DNA of 64,000 nt. Origin: Sulfurimonas sp. Lineage in GTDB: Bacteria; Campylobacterota; Campylobacteria; Campylobacterales; Sulfurimonadaceae. The DNA lies in NCBI RefSeq assembly GCF_028714655.1, contig NZ_JAQTLY010000013.1, positions 1,906 through 65,905 of the forward strand, read 5' to 3'. A program made the position numbers and the translations under genes. The notes under the pieces are model-generated. The model ran no database searches and was not told the origin of the DNA. It saw only the letters and a program-made list of their open reading frames with translations. This document shows, one piece after another, positions 46,317 to 58,192 of this stretch; positions within the stretch are counted from its first letter, which is position 1, and the number at the start of each line of letters is the position of its first letter.

Positions 46317-47683
46317 AAAGAAGAAGAAATAACGGCTCTTCATTTGTGCTGTTTGGTATATTTGCAATGATTGCGGGCGGGGTTTTTTATGTATATAATT
46401 CAGCGATGTTTGAAAAAGATGCTCCAAAGATTTCGATGGAAAGCGGCGGATATTGGAATTTAAAAAATCCGCTTGAGATTGCAATAAATGATGCAAGCGG
46501 ATTAAAATCATACAAAGTTACGCTAAAGAGTAGTACGGAAGAGACGGTTTTATATCATGAGCAGTTTATGACGCCTAAAGAGTCGGTACATGTAAAAGTT
46601 GAACCGCCAAAGAGCGCTTATGTTATGAAAGACAAAGAGATTAAAATAATTGTCGAAGCACTAGATGCCAGTAAGTGGAATTATTTTAAAGGAAACAGCG
46701 TTGTAGCCGAATCTAAATTTATAATTGACAAAAAAAGACCGCAGCTGAATATTGTTTCAAATTCGTATAAAATAGGCAGGGGCGGTGCCGCACTTGTTAT
46801 ATTCAAGGCAGAGGATGAAAATTTAAAAGAGTTTTATGTTGAAACAAATTTCGGTAAAAAGTTTTTAGCACAGCCTTTTTATAAAGAGGGATATTTTATA
46901 TCTCTTATAGCTTGGCCAATCACTGAAGAGAGCTTCAAAGCGACCGTTGTTGCAAAAGATCGTGCACAAAATGTATCGCAGGCATATGTTCCGTTCTTTT
47001 TACAAAATAAAATTTATAATGTTTCAAATATAAAGATAAGCAATGACTTTTTAAAAGGAAAGATTGCCGATTTAGCAGAAGAGTTTGATGAAACACAAGG
47101 TATTTCCGTTCCGATAGAGCAGTTTAAAATGATTAATGAAACAGTAAGAATAAAAAATGAGAAATTGATTCATGAAGTAACATCAAAAGTACCGACGGAA
47201 ATGATTAGCGATTTTGCCATAACTGAAATGTATCCTCTTAGAAACGGTGCCGTCGTTGCGCAGTTTGGAGACCATAGAATCTACTCTTATGAGGATAAGG
47301 TTGTTAGCGAAGCGTATCATATGGGAATAGATTTGGCAAGCAATGCAATGTCTGAGATAAAAACCCAAAACGGCGGTGAAGTTGTTTATGCTGCTTATAA
47401 CGGTTTATACGGAAATATGCCGATTATTCATCACGGATTGGGGCTATATACGCTTTACGGTCACTGTTCTACTTTAAATGTAAATATCGGGGACACCGTA
47501 CAACCTGGTATGAGCATAGCAAATACAGGTAAAAGCGGATATGCTATGGGCGACCATTTACATTTCGGAGTTCTTATTCAAGGTATTGAAGTTCGTCCTG
47601 CAGAGTGGATGGATCGTTCTTGGATGAAGTTAAATATAACTGATGTTATAAATAGCGCCAAAGAGATTATGAATAAGGGATGA
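46313..47683 (+). CDS. M23-family metallopeptidase
   Basis: HMGID (HxxxD), TLYGHC and HLHF (HxH); N-terminal TM; directly upstream of lpxC as in Campylobacter/Helicobacter. Confidence 0.88.
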   Translation: MKRRRNNGSSFVLFGIFAMIAGGVFYVYNSAMFEKDAPKISMESGGYWNLKNPLEIAINDASGLKSYKVTLKSSTEETVLYHEQFMTPKESVHVKVEPPKSAYVMKDKEIKIIVEALDASKWNYFKGNSVVAESKFIIDKKRPQLNIVSNSYKIGRGGAALVIFKAEDENLKEFYVETNFGKKFLAQPFYKEGYFISLIAWPITEESFKATVVAKDRAQNVSQAYVPFFLQNKIYNVSNIKISNDFLKGKIADLAEEFDETQGISVPIEQFKMINETVRIKNEKLIHEVTSKVPTEMISDFAITEMYPLRNGAVVAQFGDHRIYSYEDKVVSEAYHMGIDLASNAMSEIKTQNGGEVVYAAYNGLYGNMPIIHHGLGLYTLYGHCSTLNVNIGDTVQPGMSIANTGKSGYAMGDHLHFGVLIQGIEVRPAEWMDRSWMKLNITDVINSAKEIMNKG

Positions 47684-47684
47684 T

Positions 47685-48569
47685 ATGTATCAGACAACTA
47701 TAAAAAAGAGTGTTGAACTGGTCGGAATAGGGCTTCATAAGGGTTCTGCAGTAAGATTAAGACTAGAGCCGTTAGAATCAAACAGCGGGCTTGTGTTTTA
47801 CAGAAGCGATGTTGATGTAGCCATTCCTCTTATTCCCGACAATGTTGTTGATACAAAGATGGCTACGGTTATCGGAAAAGACGGCTATATTATATCAACG
47901 ATTGAACATATGTTATCTGCTATTTATGCTTATGGAATTGACAATCTTAGAATAATAGTCGATGCTGATGAAGTTCCCGTAATGGACGGAAGCAGTGCGA
48001 GTTTTTGTATGCTTTTAGATGAGGCGGGAATAGTTCAATTGGATGTACCGAAAAAAATTATGCTTATAAAAAAAGATGTAGTAGTTCAAGAGGGAGACAA
48101 ATATGTAAAGCTCTCTCCTTCACCGGATTTGAAGTATGGTTTTACTATTAAATTCCCGCATCCCGTTATACAAAAACAGGAGTATGTTTTAAATTTTACG
48201 AAACAAAATTATAAAGATGAGATAGCAAGAGCCAGAACTTTCGGTTTTTTACATGAAGTTCAATATCTTCGCTCAAAAGGTCTTGCTCTTGGCGGTTCAC
48301 TGGAAAATGCCGTTGTTTTAGATGAGAAAAAAGTTTTAAATCCTGAAGGGCTTAGATACTCTGATGAGTTTGTAAGGCATAAAATACTTGATGCAATCGG
48401 CGATATGGCTCTTATAGGTATGAACTTTGTAGGTAATTACGAAGCTATGGCGGGAAGTCATGACCTTAATCATAAGCTTACGCTTGAACTTTTAAAAGAT
48501 GCTCAAAATTATGAAGTGGTAGAACTTGTCGGTGAGAAAACAAAAGAGTTAGAAAAAGCGTATGCCTAA
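47685..48569 (+). CDS. lpxC: UDP-3-O-acyl-N-acetylglucosamine deacetylase
   Basis: [24 protein letters not shown] and HKILDAIGD. Confidence 0.97.
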   Translation: MYQTTIKKSVELVGIGLHKGSAVRLRLEPLESNSGLVFYRSDVDVAIPLIPDNVVDTKMATVIGKDGYIISTIEHMLSAIYAYGIDNLRIIVDADEVPVMDGSSASFCMLLDEAGIVQLDVPKKIMLIKKDVVVQEGDKYVKLSPSPDLKYGFTIKFPHPVIQKQEYVLNFTKQNYKDEIARARTFGFLHEVQYLRSKGLALGGSLENAVVLDEKKVLNPEGLRYSDEFVRHKILDAIGDMALIGMNFVGNYEAMAGSHDLNHKLTLELLKDAQNYEVVELVGEKTKELEKAYA

Positions 48570-49023
48570 GAGTGTTGATTTGCTCTTTATTACCCTCTCT
48601 TCTCCGCTTCAAGTAGGAATATATGAAGATAACAGACTTATAGAGACTATTGTAACTCACGAAAAAAGTTCAGATGTTTTGCCAAAAATATTTAATGAAC
48701 TCTCATACAAGTATGTGATTAAAAAACTCTTTTATGCCAATGGACCGGGTAGTTTTATGGCGATAAAAATAGCATATATATTTCTAAAATCAATGAGCAT
48801 ATTAAAAAATATACCGCTTTTAGCAACAGATGCATTTTATTTTAATAAAAATCAGCCAATCAAAGCGATTGGAAAGCTATTTTTTGTTAAAGTTTCATCA
48901 GAAATAAAAACTCAAAAACTAGAAATAGCGCCAGAGGTAAGTTTTATGCTTCCGGATGTGCTTGAGTATAGTGAGTTTAGCACAACTGCCACTCCTCTTT
49001 ACGGCATCGGGGCGGTTGGATAG
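48562..49023 (+). CDS. Short TsaB-like (t6A tRNA modification) protein
   Basis: [10 protein letters not shown] motif; conserved lpxC-tsaB-thrB position. Confidence 0.7.
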   Translation: MPKSVDLLFITLSSPLQVGIYEDNRLIETIVTHEKSSDVLPKIFNELSYKYVIKKLFYANGPGSFMAIKIAYIFLKSMSILKNIPLLATDAFYFNKNQPIKAIGKLFFVKVSSEIKTQKLEIAPEVSFMLPDVLEYSEFSTTATPLYGIGAVG

Positions 49024-49030
49024 GAATAAA

Positions 49031-49912
49031 GTGACAGTAAGTGTACCGGCAACCAGTGCGAACCTTGGACCAGGATTTGATTCTTTAGGCTTGGCAGTTG
49101 ATTTAAGAAATGTAGTTGAATTTCATCCGTCGAAATTTTTTAGCGTAAGCATTAAAGGCGAGGGTGAAGATAACCCAAAATTAAAAGGCAATAACCTTTT
49201 CATTAGTATTTTTAATGAACATTACAATAGACTGACTAAAAAAAGACAAAGTTTTAAATTTAATTTTTATAACCAGATACCTATGTCAAGAGGACTCGGA
49301 AGCTCATCTGCGGTAATAGTAAGCGCCATTGCAAGTGCTCATGAGGCTGCCGGAATTAAAGTTTCAAACAGAAGAATACTTAACCATGCGCTAGTTTATG
49401 AATCTCATCCGGATAATATCACTCCTGCGGTTATGGGTGGCTTTAATGCCGCTACGGTAGAGAAAGGAAAAGTTTTTTCCCAAAAGAAACATCTTCCAAA
49501 CTATATCAAAGCAGTCGTAGTTATACCGAACAAACAGATGAGTACGGCAAAAGCAAGAACACTTCTTCCAAAATCATACTCAAAAGAGAATGCCGTTTAT
49601 AACCTTTCTCATACGGCACTAAGTGTTGCTGCATTTTTTAATGAAGATTGGGAGATTTTAAAACTTGCTTCTCAAGACAGGTTTCATCAAAAGGCTAGAA
49701 TGAAAACTCTGCCGGAGCTCTTTAATGTACAAAAAATAGCTTATGAGAGCGGAGCACTTATGAGTACGCTCTCAGGAAGCGGATCTACATTTTTTTCAAT
49801 GGTTTACGATGAAGATTCGGCAGCAATAGCCAACAAGCTTAGTCAAAAATTTCCGGAGTTCGTCGTAAAAATATTAGATTTTGATAATGACGGGCTTATT
49901 GTAGATAAATAA
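49031..49912 (+). CDS. thrB: Homoserine kinase
   Basis: [27 protein letters not shown] and LSGSGST; start placed at GTG 49031 behind AGGA. Confidence 0.95.
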   Translation: MTVSVPATSANLGPGFDSLGLAVDLRNVVEFHPSKFFSVSIKGEGEDNPKLKGNNLFISIFNEHYNRLTKKRQSFKFNFYNQIPMSRGLGSSSAVIVSAIASAHEAAGIKVSNRRILNHALVYESHPDNITPAVMGGFNAATVEKGKVFSQKKHLPNYIKAVVVIPNKQMSTAKARTLLPKSYSKENAVYNLSHTALSVAAFFNEDWEILKLASQDRFHQKARMKTLPELFNVQKIAYESGALMSTLSGSGSTFFSMVYDEDSAAIANKLSQKFPEFVVKILDFDNDGLIVDK

Positions 49913-49954
49913 GTTCGTTTACTTCTTCTATAAATCAAGGAACTTTTGGATATA

Positions 49955-50218
49955 ATGGCAAAAAAATTTAATCAACCTCTTAGGATGTGTATATCTTGCA
50001 GGCAAAGAGATGCACAAAACAATCTTATCAGACTTCAGTGCGTAGATTCACAACTTAGTCTTTTTAGAGGTAACGGTAGAAGTTTTTATATATGTAAAAT
50101 TTGTCTTGAAGATAGCAAAAAAGTATTAAAAGCACTTATGCGGCAATGCAAAAGTGGGGATAGGGACAAATTTTCGAACATACTAAAGGAGATCATCACT
50201 GATGACAGAAAAAGTTAG
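49955..50218 (+). CDS. YlxR/DUF448 family RNA-binding protein
   Basis: [10 protein letters not shown]...GRSFYIC; directly upstream of infB. Confidence 0.8.
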   Translation: MAKKFNQPLRMCISCRQRDAQNNLIRLQCVDSQLSLFRGNGRSFYICKICLEDSKKVLKALMRQCKSGDRDKFSNILKEIITDDRKS

Positions 50219-52847
50219 AGTACACGAAATTGCAAAAGAGCTTGGAATAGCTTCTAAAGATGTAGTTAAAAAAGCCTTAGATATGGGGATTGATGTAAAA
50301 TCAGCAAACAGCTCGGTTACAATGCAAGAAGCTGAGGGCTTAATGAACTATATTATGAGCGGTGAACATGCAGAAACACCGAAATCAGAAACAAATACGC
50401 CTGTTAAATCAATAAGTGATACTCAAAAAGAAGAAAAAACTCCTAAAGATGAAATCAAAAAAATAGAGACGACAACACCAAACGCAGTGCGTGCGGAGAG
50501 TGTAAACAAAGATGCTTTTGTAAGAGAAGTTCAGAAAATCGAGAAAAAAGAAGATTTTGGGATGAGAGAGATTGCATCGGAGGCAAAAACTGAAGAAAAA
50601 GAGATTAAAGAAGATGACAGCGCATTAGATGTTATTGATCCTAAAAAAATGCAGATAAAGCCATCCGGACTTAAAATTGTTAAAAAGAAACAACCAAGAG
50701 AAGATGAAAAAAGTGTTCAAAGCCAAGTCCAGTCGGTAAAACAGGCTCCGACGGTATCTTCTTACGGCAAGATTAGCGCAGAAGTTTTAGAAGAGTTGGC
50801 AAAAAAGAAAAAAATAAAACAGACTTCCGGAGCTAAAAAGCAGGAACAAGGCATAAAAATCGATATTTTCGGCGGCTCTTTAAGCGAAGTTTCTATGGAT
50901 ATGGATGATCAAATTGTTTTACTTGATTTAAATGCTACGGAGAGACGCGAAATTATTGCCGATGAGCCGAAAAAATCTAAACTTCCAAAACCGGCCGGCA
51001 GAAATGCAAATAAAAAATCAGCGCCGAAAGTAAAAAATGTTTCTCGCGATAAGAGAAAAAAATATTCTAAGGACAAACCGGAAGATGTAGTTATAACGCA
51101 TGTTGAAATTCCTGAAGATATTCGTGTTTATGAGTTTGCAGAGAAATTAAACCGCCCGATTTCTGATGTTATAAAAACTCTGTTTAATCTCGGTGTAATG
51201 AAGACAAAAAATGACTTTTTAGGAAATGATGAGATAGAGATTTTATCTGAAGAGTTCGGTGTTGAAGTAACTATAATTGATCCGAAAAATGAGTTTAATT
51301 ATGAAGAAGACTTATCACAAGAGATAGATGAAAATGCTACTGAGAGACCGCCTGTAATCACTATTATGGGGCATGTCGACCATGGTAAAACATCACTTTT
51401 AGATGCGATTAGAAAAGCAAAAGTAACAGCCGGTGAGGCAGGCGGTATTACGCAGCATATCGGTGCTTATACAATCGAACAGCACGGAAAAGCAATTACC
51501 TTTATAGATACTCCGGGTCACGCGGCATTTTCTCAAATGAGACAAAGAGGTACCGATGTTACCGATATTATAGTTATAGTTGTAGCTGCAGATGACGGTG
51601 TTAAGCCTCAAACGGACGAAGTTATCAAGCTGGCAAAAGAGTCGGGAGTTCCTGTAATCGTTGCACTTAACAAGATGGATAAACCGACCGCAAACCCTGA
51701 TATGGTAAAGGCTCAAATGGCTGAGCGCGGTCTTAATCCAATTGACTGGGGCGGAGATATAGAGTTTATTCCTCTTTCTGCAAAATCAGGAATGGGAATT
51801 GACGAGTTACTTGAAAATATTTTGATAACTGCTGAAGTTTTAGAACTAAAAGCAAATGAAAATGCAATGGCAAAAGCTGCCGTAGTTGAGAGTTCGTTAG
51901 AAAAAGGTCGCGGTCCTGTTGCAACCGTAATTGTTCAAAACGGAACTTTAAAAGTCGGAGACTATGTAGTTTGCGGTAGTTCGTACGGTCGTATAAAAGC
52001 TCTGATTAATGAGCATAAGCAACAGATTAAGAGCATAAAACCTAGTCATACGGCAGTAGTTGTCGGTTTGAATGAAGTTCCGCCTTCAGGTGAAGTTATG
52101 ATGGCAATGGCTAGCGATAAAGAGGCTAGAGAGTATGCGCAAAAACGACATGAGTATGACAGACATAAAGAGCTGTCTCACAGTACAAAATCTACGCTAG
52201 AAGATATGACTAGTATGATTGCCGAGGGAAGATTAAAATCTCTTAAAGTCGTTCTTAAAACAGATGTTCACGGTTCTCTTGAGGCGATTAGAAGTGCACT
52301 TAGTGAACTAAGAAATGATGAAGTAAAAATTAATATTATCTCTTCGGGTGTCGGCGGAATTACGGAAAATGATGTTGAACTTGTCGGAAACAGCGAAAAC
52401 TGCGTTTTACTTGGATTTAATGTTCGTCCGACGGGCAGTGTAAAAGCGTTAGCTAAGCAGAGAAATGTAGATATCAGAACTTACTCTATCATTTACCAAC
52501 TTCTTGATGATATGACCGGTATGCTAACGGGAATGATGTCGCCGAAATTCAGTGAAGAAAACACAGGTCAAGCAGAAGTTAGAGATACATTTAAATCTCC
52601 TAAGGGTATGGTTGCAGGATGTGTCGTTGTTGACGGTAAACTTGTTCGCGGCGGTCTTGTTCGTGTTATCAGAAACGGAGTCGTTGTTCATGAGGGTTCA
52701 TTGACTTCACTAAAACGCTTCAAAGATGATGCTGAAGAAGTAGGTTACGGATATGAGTGCGGTGTTATGATTAAAGGCTATGATGATGTTATTGTCGGCG
52801 ATGTAATCGAAACATTCAAAAAAATTGAGCAAAAAGTATCTCTGTGA
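50202..52847 (+). CDS. infB: Translation initiation factor IF-2
   Basis: [36 protein letters not shown] and NKMD. Confidence 0.98.
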   Translation: MTEKVRVHEIAKELGIASKDVVKKALDMGIDVKSANSSVTMQEAEGLMNYIMSGEHAETPKSETNTPVKSISDTQKEEKTPKDEIKKIETTTPNAVRAESVNKDAFVREVQKIEKKEDFGMREIASEAKTEEKEIKEDDSALDVIDPKKMQIKPSGLKIVKKKQPREDEKSVQSQVQSVKQAPTVSSYGKISAEVLEELAKKKKIKQTSGAKKQEQGIKIDIFGGSLSEVSMDMDDQIVLLDLNATERREIIADEPKKSKLPKPAGRNANKKSAPKVKNVSRDKRKKYSKDKPEDVVITHVEIPEDIRVYEFAEKLNRPISDVIKTLFNLGVMKTKNDFLGNDEIEILSEEFGVEVTIIDPKNEFNYEEDLSQEIDENATERPPVITIMGHVDHGKTSLLDAIRKAKVTAGEAGGITQHIGAYTIEQHGKAITFIDTPGHAAFSQMRQRGTDVTDIIVIVVAADDGVKPQTDEVIKLAKESGVPVIVALNKMDKPTANPDMVKAQMAERGLNPIDWGGDIEFIPLSAKSGMGIDELLENILITAEVLELKANENAMAKAAVVESSLEKGRGPVATVIVQNGTLKVGDYVVCGSSYGRIKALINEHKQQIKSIKPSHTAVVVGLNEVPPSGEVMMAMASDKEAREYAQKRHEYDRHKELSHSTKSTLEDMTSMIAEGRLKSLKVVLKTDVHGSLEAIRSALSELRNDEVKINIISSGVGGITENDVELVGNSENCVLLGFNVRPTGSVKALAKQRNVDIRTYSIIYQLLDDMTGMLTGMMSPKFSEENTGQAEVRDTFKSPKGMVAGCVVVDGKLVRGGLVRVIRNGVVVHEGSLTSLKRFKDDAEEVGYGYECGVMIKGYDDVIVGDVIETFKKIEQKVSL

Positions 52848-53194
52848 CGGAAGCCCAGATAAAAGTAAAGAGAACGGAGTCGGTTCTCTTAGAATTGATT
52901 CCCGAAGCTCTTGGCAGTTTAAATGATAAAAGATTGCATCAGTTAACCGTTATAGATGTCAAATGCTCACGCGGCAGAAGCGATGCTAAAGTTTATATCG
53001 ATCCATCTTCATTTAGTGAAGAAGAGAAGGGTGAATTTTTAAAATTGCTAAAAAAAGCCAGACCGATTATAGAAGATTTTTGCATGAAAGATCAAGGTTG
53101 GTTTCGCCCTGTAAAATTTACATTTGAGTTTGATGAACAACTAAAAAAAGCTCAAAGTATTGAAGAGTTATTTAAAAAAATTGCTAAAGAGTAG
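52844..53194 (+). CDS. rbfA: Ribosome-binding factor A
   Basis: 116 aa; DAKVY and FEFDE; follows infB. Confidence 0.88.
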   Translation: MTEAQIKVKRTESVLLELIPEALGSLNDKRLHQLTVIDVKCSRGRSDAKVYIDPSSFSEEEKGEFLKLLKKARPIIEDFCMKDQGWFRPVKFTFEFDEQLKKAQSIEELFKKIAKE

Positions 53195-53201
53195 GTAGTT
53201 T

Positions 53202-53651
53202 ATGAGTTTAGAAAAAGATATAGAACTGTTTGCCAAATCAGTAGGTTTGGAGCTTTACGATATTTCTGTAGCAAGAGACGGCGATGACACTATCTATAGG
53301 GTAAATGTGCTCTCAGGCACTTTTGAAGATGGAAAAAGAAAGGGTGTGAGTTTGGACGAGTGCGTTAATCTAACCCGTCTTATTTCGCCCCTTCTTGATG
53401 TTAAACCGCCTGTTTCCGGAGATTATAGACTTGAAGTCGGAAGTGCCGGAATAGAGAGAAAAATTAGCTCTTTAAGACAGTTTGAAATGTCAGTCGGAGA
53501 GAGAGTTGCTCTTACGGTAAAACCAAAAGATAAAATCAGGGGACTACTTGTTAAAGTTGTAGATTCGAAGATTTTTTTAGATGTTGAGGGCGAAGAGGTT
53601 GTAGTTGATTTTTCTCAAATTGCAAAAGCCAAAACATACTTTGAATGGTAA
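53202..53651 (+). CDS. rimP: Ribosome maturation factor RimP
   Basis: GVSLDEC...LD and YRLEVGSAGIER. Confidence 0.9.
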   Translation: MSLEKDIELFAKSVGLELYDISVARDGDDTIYRVNVLSGTFEDGKRKGVSLDECVNLTRLISPLLDVKPPVSGDYRLEVGSAGIERKISSLRQFEMSVGERVALTVKPKDKIRGLLVKVVDSKIFLDVEGEEVVVDFSQIAKAKTYFEW

Positions 53652-54652
53652 TTGACAATAATTTCTATATGAACTTAGCCTTGCAAGAGGCTTGGAAATA
53701 TCAGGGATTAACTTACCCAAACCCCGCAGTCGGTTGCGCAATAGTAGGAAAAAGCGGTGAAATTTTAGCAGTGGAAGCCCACAAAAGGGCAGGAGAGCCG
53801 CATGCCGAAGTTGAAGCGTTGAAAACAGCGTATTTTAAATTAACAAATGATGGAAAAATTTTAGAACTTACTATTTCAGCTCAAATACACACATATCTTT
53901 TAGAAAATCATAATGACTGTTTTAACGGCATAACTGTTTTTACGACATTAGAGCCATGTTCACATATAGGCAAAACCCCGTCTTGTGCGACTCTTTTATC
54001 AAAACTAAAAATTAAAAAACTTTTTGTAGGTTCATTAGACTCCAATGAAGCGGCCTCTGGCGGCAATAAAATAGTCGAAGATGCAGATATTGAAGTTGAA
54101 AATTGTGTTTTGGCAAAGGAGTGCGATGCTTTGCTAAACCCTTTTAAATTATGGCAAAGCAAGAGATTTGTTTTTTTTAAGTGGGCACAGAGATTAAACG
54201 GTACGGTTGAGGGCGGAACTATAAGTTCAAACAGTTCCAGAACTTTGGTTCATGCCATGAGAGCCGTATGTGATTTGCTGGTTATCGGCGGAAATACGGT
54301 ACGAGTCGACAGACCGACTTTGGATGCAAGATTGGTAGACGGCAGAGCACCTGATATTTTAATCATATCAAAAAGTACGGAATTTGATAAAAGCATCCCT
54401 CTTTTTAATGTAAATGGCAGAAAAGTAATAATTTCTGACAATTTTTCTATTTTAGAAAATTATAAAAACATTATGATTGAGGGGGGACAAAGTATGTTTG
54501 AACTCTCTAAAGATTTTGTTGATTATTATTTATGTTTTTTGTCCGCACAAATCGGCGGAAATATGAATTTTACGGGAATTGAAGATAAATTTGATATTTT
54601 AAATATACAAAAAGATGAGCAAGATATAATTATGTGGATGAGAAGGGGTTAA
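53645..54652 (+). CDS. ribD: Riboflavin biosynthesis deaminase/reductase RibD
   Basis: PNPAVG, HAEV, TLEPCSHIGKTPSC, IGGNTVRVDRPTL and IEGG. Confidence 0.94.
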   Translation: MVIDNNFYMNLALQEAWKYQGLTYPNPAVGCAIVGKSGEILAVEAHKRAGEPHAEVEALKTAYFKLTNDGKILELTISAQIHTYLLENHNDCFNGITVFTTLEPCSHIGKTPSCATLLSKLKIKKLFVGSLDSNEAASGGNKIVEDADIEVENCVLAKECDALLNPFKLWQSKRFVFFKWAQRLNGTVEGGTISSNSSRTLVHAMRAVCDLLVIGGNTVRVDRPTLDARLVDGRAPDILIISKSTEFDKSIPLFNVNGRKVIISDNFSILENYKNIMIEGGQSMFELSKDFVDYYLCFLSAQIGGNMNFTGIEDKFDILNIQKDEQDIIMWMRRG

Positions 54653-54657
54653 GAGTT

Positions 54658-55368
54658 ATGGAAAAACAAGAAAAAATAGTATCGATGTTTGATAATATCG
54701 CACCTACATACGATACTGCAAATCGTGTTATGAGCATGGGAGTAGATAAGAGCTGGAGAAGAAAGGCTTGTGATTTAGCTTACGGCTTTTATGCGCAAGA
54801 CTCTATTGATAAAATAGTGGATGTTGCTTGCGGAACCGGCGACATGATGGATTTTTGGAAAAAAAGATCGGAGACAAACGGTATAGCCGTAGGCGAGATA
54901 GTAGGCGTAGATCCCTCAAATGGAATGGTTGCGGTTGCAAGAGAGAAATTTCCTAAATTTAACTACTATATATCAAAGGCAACTGAAATTCCTCTTCAAG
55001 ATAGCAGTGCCGATATCCTAAGTATCACATACGGTATCAGAAATGTCGTTGAGAGAGAAGCAGCCTTAAGGGAGTTTAACAGAGTTTTAAAACAGGGCGG
55101 TCTTGTAGTGATACTTGAGTTTATGAAAAACGAAAATCCGTCAATGCTTGGAAAAATCAGAGATTTTTACATGAATAAAGTTTTGCCGAAAATCGGCGGT
55201 TTTATCTCTAAAAACCTAGAAGCGTACGAATATCTGCCAAACTCCATAGAAGATTTTTCAACAGTTGAAAATATGAAAAAAGAGCTTATGGAAGCAGGAT
55301 TTGAGATTGTCTATGCAAAGAGTTTCTCAATGGATATCTCAACCCTCTTAATAGCAAGAAAAAAATAG
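54658..55368 (+). CDS. ubiE: UbiE/MenG-type C-methyltransferase (menaquinone biosynthesis)
   Basis: MFDNIAPTYD, DVACGTGD, YGIRNV and YEYLPNSI. Confidence 0.92.
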   Translation: MEKQEKIVSMFDNIAPTYDTANRVMSMGVDKSWRRKACDLAYGFYAQDSIDKIVDVACGTGDMMDFWKKRSETNGIAVGEIVGVDPSNGMVAVAREKFPKFNYYISKATEIPLQDSSADILSITYGIRNVVEREAALREFNRVLKQGGLVVILEFMKNENPSMLGKIRDFYMNKVLPKIGGFISKNLEAYEYLPNSIEDFSTVENMKKELMEAGFEIVYAKSFSMDISTLLIARKK

Positions 55369-55377
55369 GCAAAGTAG

Positions 55378-56640
55378 TTGTATACCCTAAGTGTCTCTTC
55401 GCTCAATGAGCAGATAAAAACTCTGCTTGAAAGTACATTTGAGAGAGTTTTGGTCGAGGGGGAACTTTCTCGCATAACTTTTCATAACAGCGGACATATC
55501 TATTTTACGCTCAAAGATGAATCTTCAACCATTAAAGCCGTTATATTTAAAGCAAACGCCGCGAAACTAAAATTTCAACTCCAAGAGGGTTTAAAAGTAG
55601 TTCTTGACGGAGCGGTAACACTTTATAAGCCGCGCGGCGAGTATCAGATAAACTGTTTTTCGATTCAGCCTTCCGGTCACGGCGCTTTGGCATTGGCGTT
55701 CGAGCAGTTAAAAAACAAACTATCGTCTCAGGGCTATTTTGAAGTTTCCAGAAAAAAACAACTTCCCAAATTTCCAAAAAGAGTCGCTCTTATAACCTCT
55801 GCGACGGGTGCGGCTTTGCAAGATATGCTCAGGGTCGCTCAAAACAGATACAGAGCTTTGGAAATTGATATTTATGATGTTTTGGTTCAGGGAGAAAATG
55901 CTGCTCCTTCCATCGTAAAAGCTCTCTCTTTAGCCGATACCAAAGGGTATGACATTATCGTGATAGGGCGAGGCGGCGGAAGCATGGAAGATCTATGGGC
56001 TTTTAATGAAGAGATAGTGGCAGATGCGATTTTTAAAGCCCTAACTCCCATCGTTTCAGCGGTTGGACATGAGATAGACTGGGTGATAAGCGATTTTGTA
56101 GCAGACCTTAGAGCGCCTACGCCTAGTGCGGCTATGCAGATGATATTGCCCGATACAAATGAACTATACCAATATATTGACTCTCTTTCATCCGCTTTTA
56201 CTCAAAGGATAGAACAAAAAATCTATAATTCCAAACAGGAGCTTGCACATCTTGCAAATCTATATTTGCAACACTCCATTGAGAAAAAAATAACTCAAAA
56301 AATAGATGAAATCAAGCAGATAAGAGAGACGCTAAATCAAACGATTTCATTTAAGATGCAAAGCTTTAGTAAAGATATGGAACTCTTAATAGATAGATTT
56401 CCTTATATGATTGAGAATAAAATCAATATTGCTCAAAATCAAGTGTCAAATTTGCAAAAAATGTTAGAATCCAACCATCCAAAATTCAGAAGTAAAAAGG
56501 GTTTTGCGCAGATTTCTAAAGATTCTAAAGTTATTGATATTGCTTCGCTTAAATTAGATGAAATCTTTGATTTGATGAGTGATGAAGTTATCGTAAGCGC
56601 AAAAGTTCTTAAAAAAATAGATATAAAGGGGTTAGTATGA
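55378..56640 (+). CDS. xseA: Exodeoxyribonuclease VII large subunit
   Basis: SGHIYFTLKD, ITSATGAALQD, RGGGSMEDLWAFN, SAVGHEID and APTPSAA. Confidence 0.96.
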   Translation: MYTLSVSSLNEQIKTLLESTFERVLVEGELSRITFHNSGHIYFTLKDESSTIKAVIFKANAAKLKFQLQEGLKVVLDGAVTLYKPRGEYQINCFSIQPSGHGALALAFEQLKNKLSSQGYFEVSRKKQLPKFPKRVALITSATGAALQDMLRVAQNRYRALEIDIYDVLVQGENAAPSIVKALSLADTKGYDIIVIGRGGGSMEDLWAFNEEIVADAIFKALTPIVSAVGHEIDWVISDFVADLRAPTPSAAMQMILPDTNELYQYIDSLSSAFTQRIEQKIYNSKQELAHLANLYLQHSIEKKITQKIDEIKQIRETLNQTISFKMQSFSKDMELLIDRFPYMIENKINIAQNQVSNLQKMLESNHPKFRSKKGFAQISKDSKVIDIASLKLDEIFDLMSDEVIVSAKVLKKIDIKGLV

Positions 56641-57236
56641 AATATCCGGAGTTTTTTAACAGCGTAGAGAGTATTAAAGTTGTAGATCCGCTCTCAAATG
56701 TTTTAGGTGCATTTGAAGACGGCATATATGAGTTTACATTTTTAGATGCAGTAAAATCTGCAGGGCATAGTTGTCCTACGGTTGCAGGTGCTTATTTAAT
56801 CACTTTGGAGGGATTAAAAGCTCTCTATCCAAACTCTTTAGCCGTTAGAGGGGAGATTAAAGTTAAGTTTAAAGAGTCTCTTGAGGATGGAGTTGCCGGT
56901 GTAATCAGCAATGTTGTTTCCCAGATCACGGGTGCAACCGACAAAAGCGGTTTTAAAGGGCTGGCAGGGAAATTTGCAAGACACTCTTTGATGGATTTCA
57001 ATGCAGATATCAATTCGTCGGTTAGATTTACAAGGGTCGACAGCGGTAAAAGTGTAGATGTATATTATGATCCTTCATCAATCGGCGGAAACCCTAAAAT
57101 GCAGCAGTTGATGCAAAAAATGATGGGCGGTATGGCGAACAAGGAAGAGATAAAAGAGTTCGGTGCGCTCTGGCAAGAGAGAGTTAAGAGAATATTTGAA
57201 AACAAATCCAGCGTTGTTAAAGTCGTAGAACTGTAA
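56637..57236 (+). CDS. FmdE-like domain protein, function unknown
   Basis: GHSCPTVAGAY resembles the FmdE/FwdE HGHxCP motif. Confidence 0.6.
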   Translation: MKYPEFFNSVESIKVVDPLSNVLGAFEDGIYEFTFLDAVKSAGHSCPTVAGAYLITLEGLKALYPNSLAVRGEIKVKFKESLEDGVAGVISNVVSQITGATDKSGFKGLAGKFARHSLMDFNADINSSVRFTRVDSGKSVDVYYDPSSIGGNPKMQQLMQKMMGGMANKEEIKEFGALWQERVKRIFENKSSVVKVVEL

Positions 57237-57286
57237 TTTTTTAGTAATCAATATAGTGTATAATCCTAAAAAAAGAGGATTATAAC

Positions 57287-57700
57287 ATGGCTTATTTTGA
57301 TAGTGCTAAAGTTGGGGACAGCGTCTATGGCTTGGTGTTCGGTGCGGGTGAAGTTTCTCAGATTTTTGAAAATAGCCACTATAAACTGATGGTAAACTTT
57401 AAAAACGATTATGAAGTTCCCTACACCGAAGACGGAATTCCGGGATGGGGAAACTTCAACAAGCAGACGCTTTTTTATAAAAACGATATAGATTTAACTG
57501 ATGTCGATTTCTCTCCTGTTTCAAAAATACTCTCCGTTAAAAAGATTATAAAACTAAAAGAGAAGAAAAGACTTCAAGTAAGACTTCCCTCAGGCATTTG
57601 GAAAAATGTAAAAAAAGCAGAACCGTCGTATGTTGAAGATCTGCTTGAGAGAGAAAAATACCATATGTTTAGAAAAAAGCCCGAAAAAAAAGAGAAATAA
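57287..57700 (+). CDS. Hypothetical protein (137 aa)
   Basis: GAGGA RBS, TATAAT at 57259-57264, host-like codon use; no family recognised. Confidence 0.7.
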   Translation: MAYFDSAKVGDSVYGLVFGAGEVSQIFENSHYKLMVNFKNDYEVPYTEDGIPGWGNFNKQTLFYKNDIDLTDVDFSPVSKILSVKKIIKLKEKKRLQVRLPSGIWKNVKKAEPSYVEDLLEREKYHMFRKKPEKKEK

Positions 57701-57708
57701 ATAGCCCA

Positions 57709-58176
57709 GTGAAATCATCTTCTTTTGTACGCATTATTGCAACCCCCATCGGTACGATGATAGCCGAAGCCGACAACGATGTTCTTACTTGTCTTGATTT
57801 TATAGACGACTTGTCTGTGGCGAATGAGAACTCAAACCATACGCTTTTAACTCAATTAGAAGTGGAGCTTGGGGAATACTTTGCAAAAAAACGACAGATT
57901 TTTACCATACCGCTCTCTCCAAGCGGAACTATATTTCAAAAGGGTGTTTGGGATACGCTGTTAAAAATACCGTACGGTTCAACACTGTCTTACGCGGATG
58001 AGGCAAAAATATTCGGCAATCCAAAAGCCACAAGAGCCGTTGCAAATGCAAACTCTAAAAATCCCATCTCTATCCTTATCCCGTGTCACCGCGTTATCTC
58101 TTCAAACGGCAGCATAGGCGGATATAGCGGAGGATTATGGAGAAAAGAGTTTTTACTCTCTCTTGAGAAAGAGTAA
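57709..58176 (+). CDS. ogt: Methylated-DNA--protein-cysteine methyltransferase
   Basis: GTIFQKGVW, IPYGSTLSY, RAVANAN and active-site PCHR. Confidence 0.93.
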   Translation: MKSSSFVRIIATPIGTMIAEADNDVLTCLDFIDDLSVANENSNHTLLTQLEVELGEYFAKKRQIFTIPLSPSGTIFQKGVWDTLLKIPYGSTLSYADEAKIFGNPKATRAVANANSKNPISILIPCHRVISSNGSIGGYSGGLWRKEFLLSLEKE

Positions 58177-58192
58177 AAAAATAGTATTGTTC

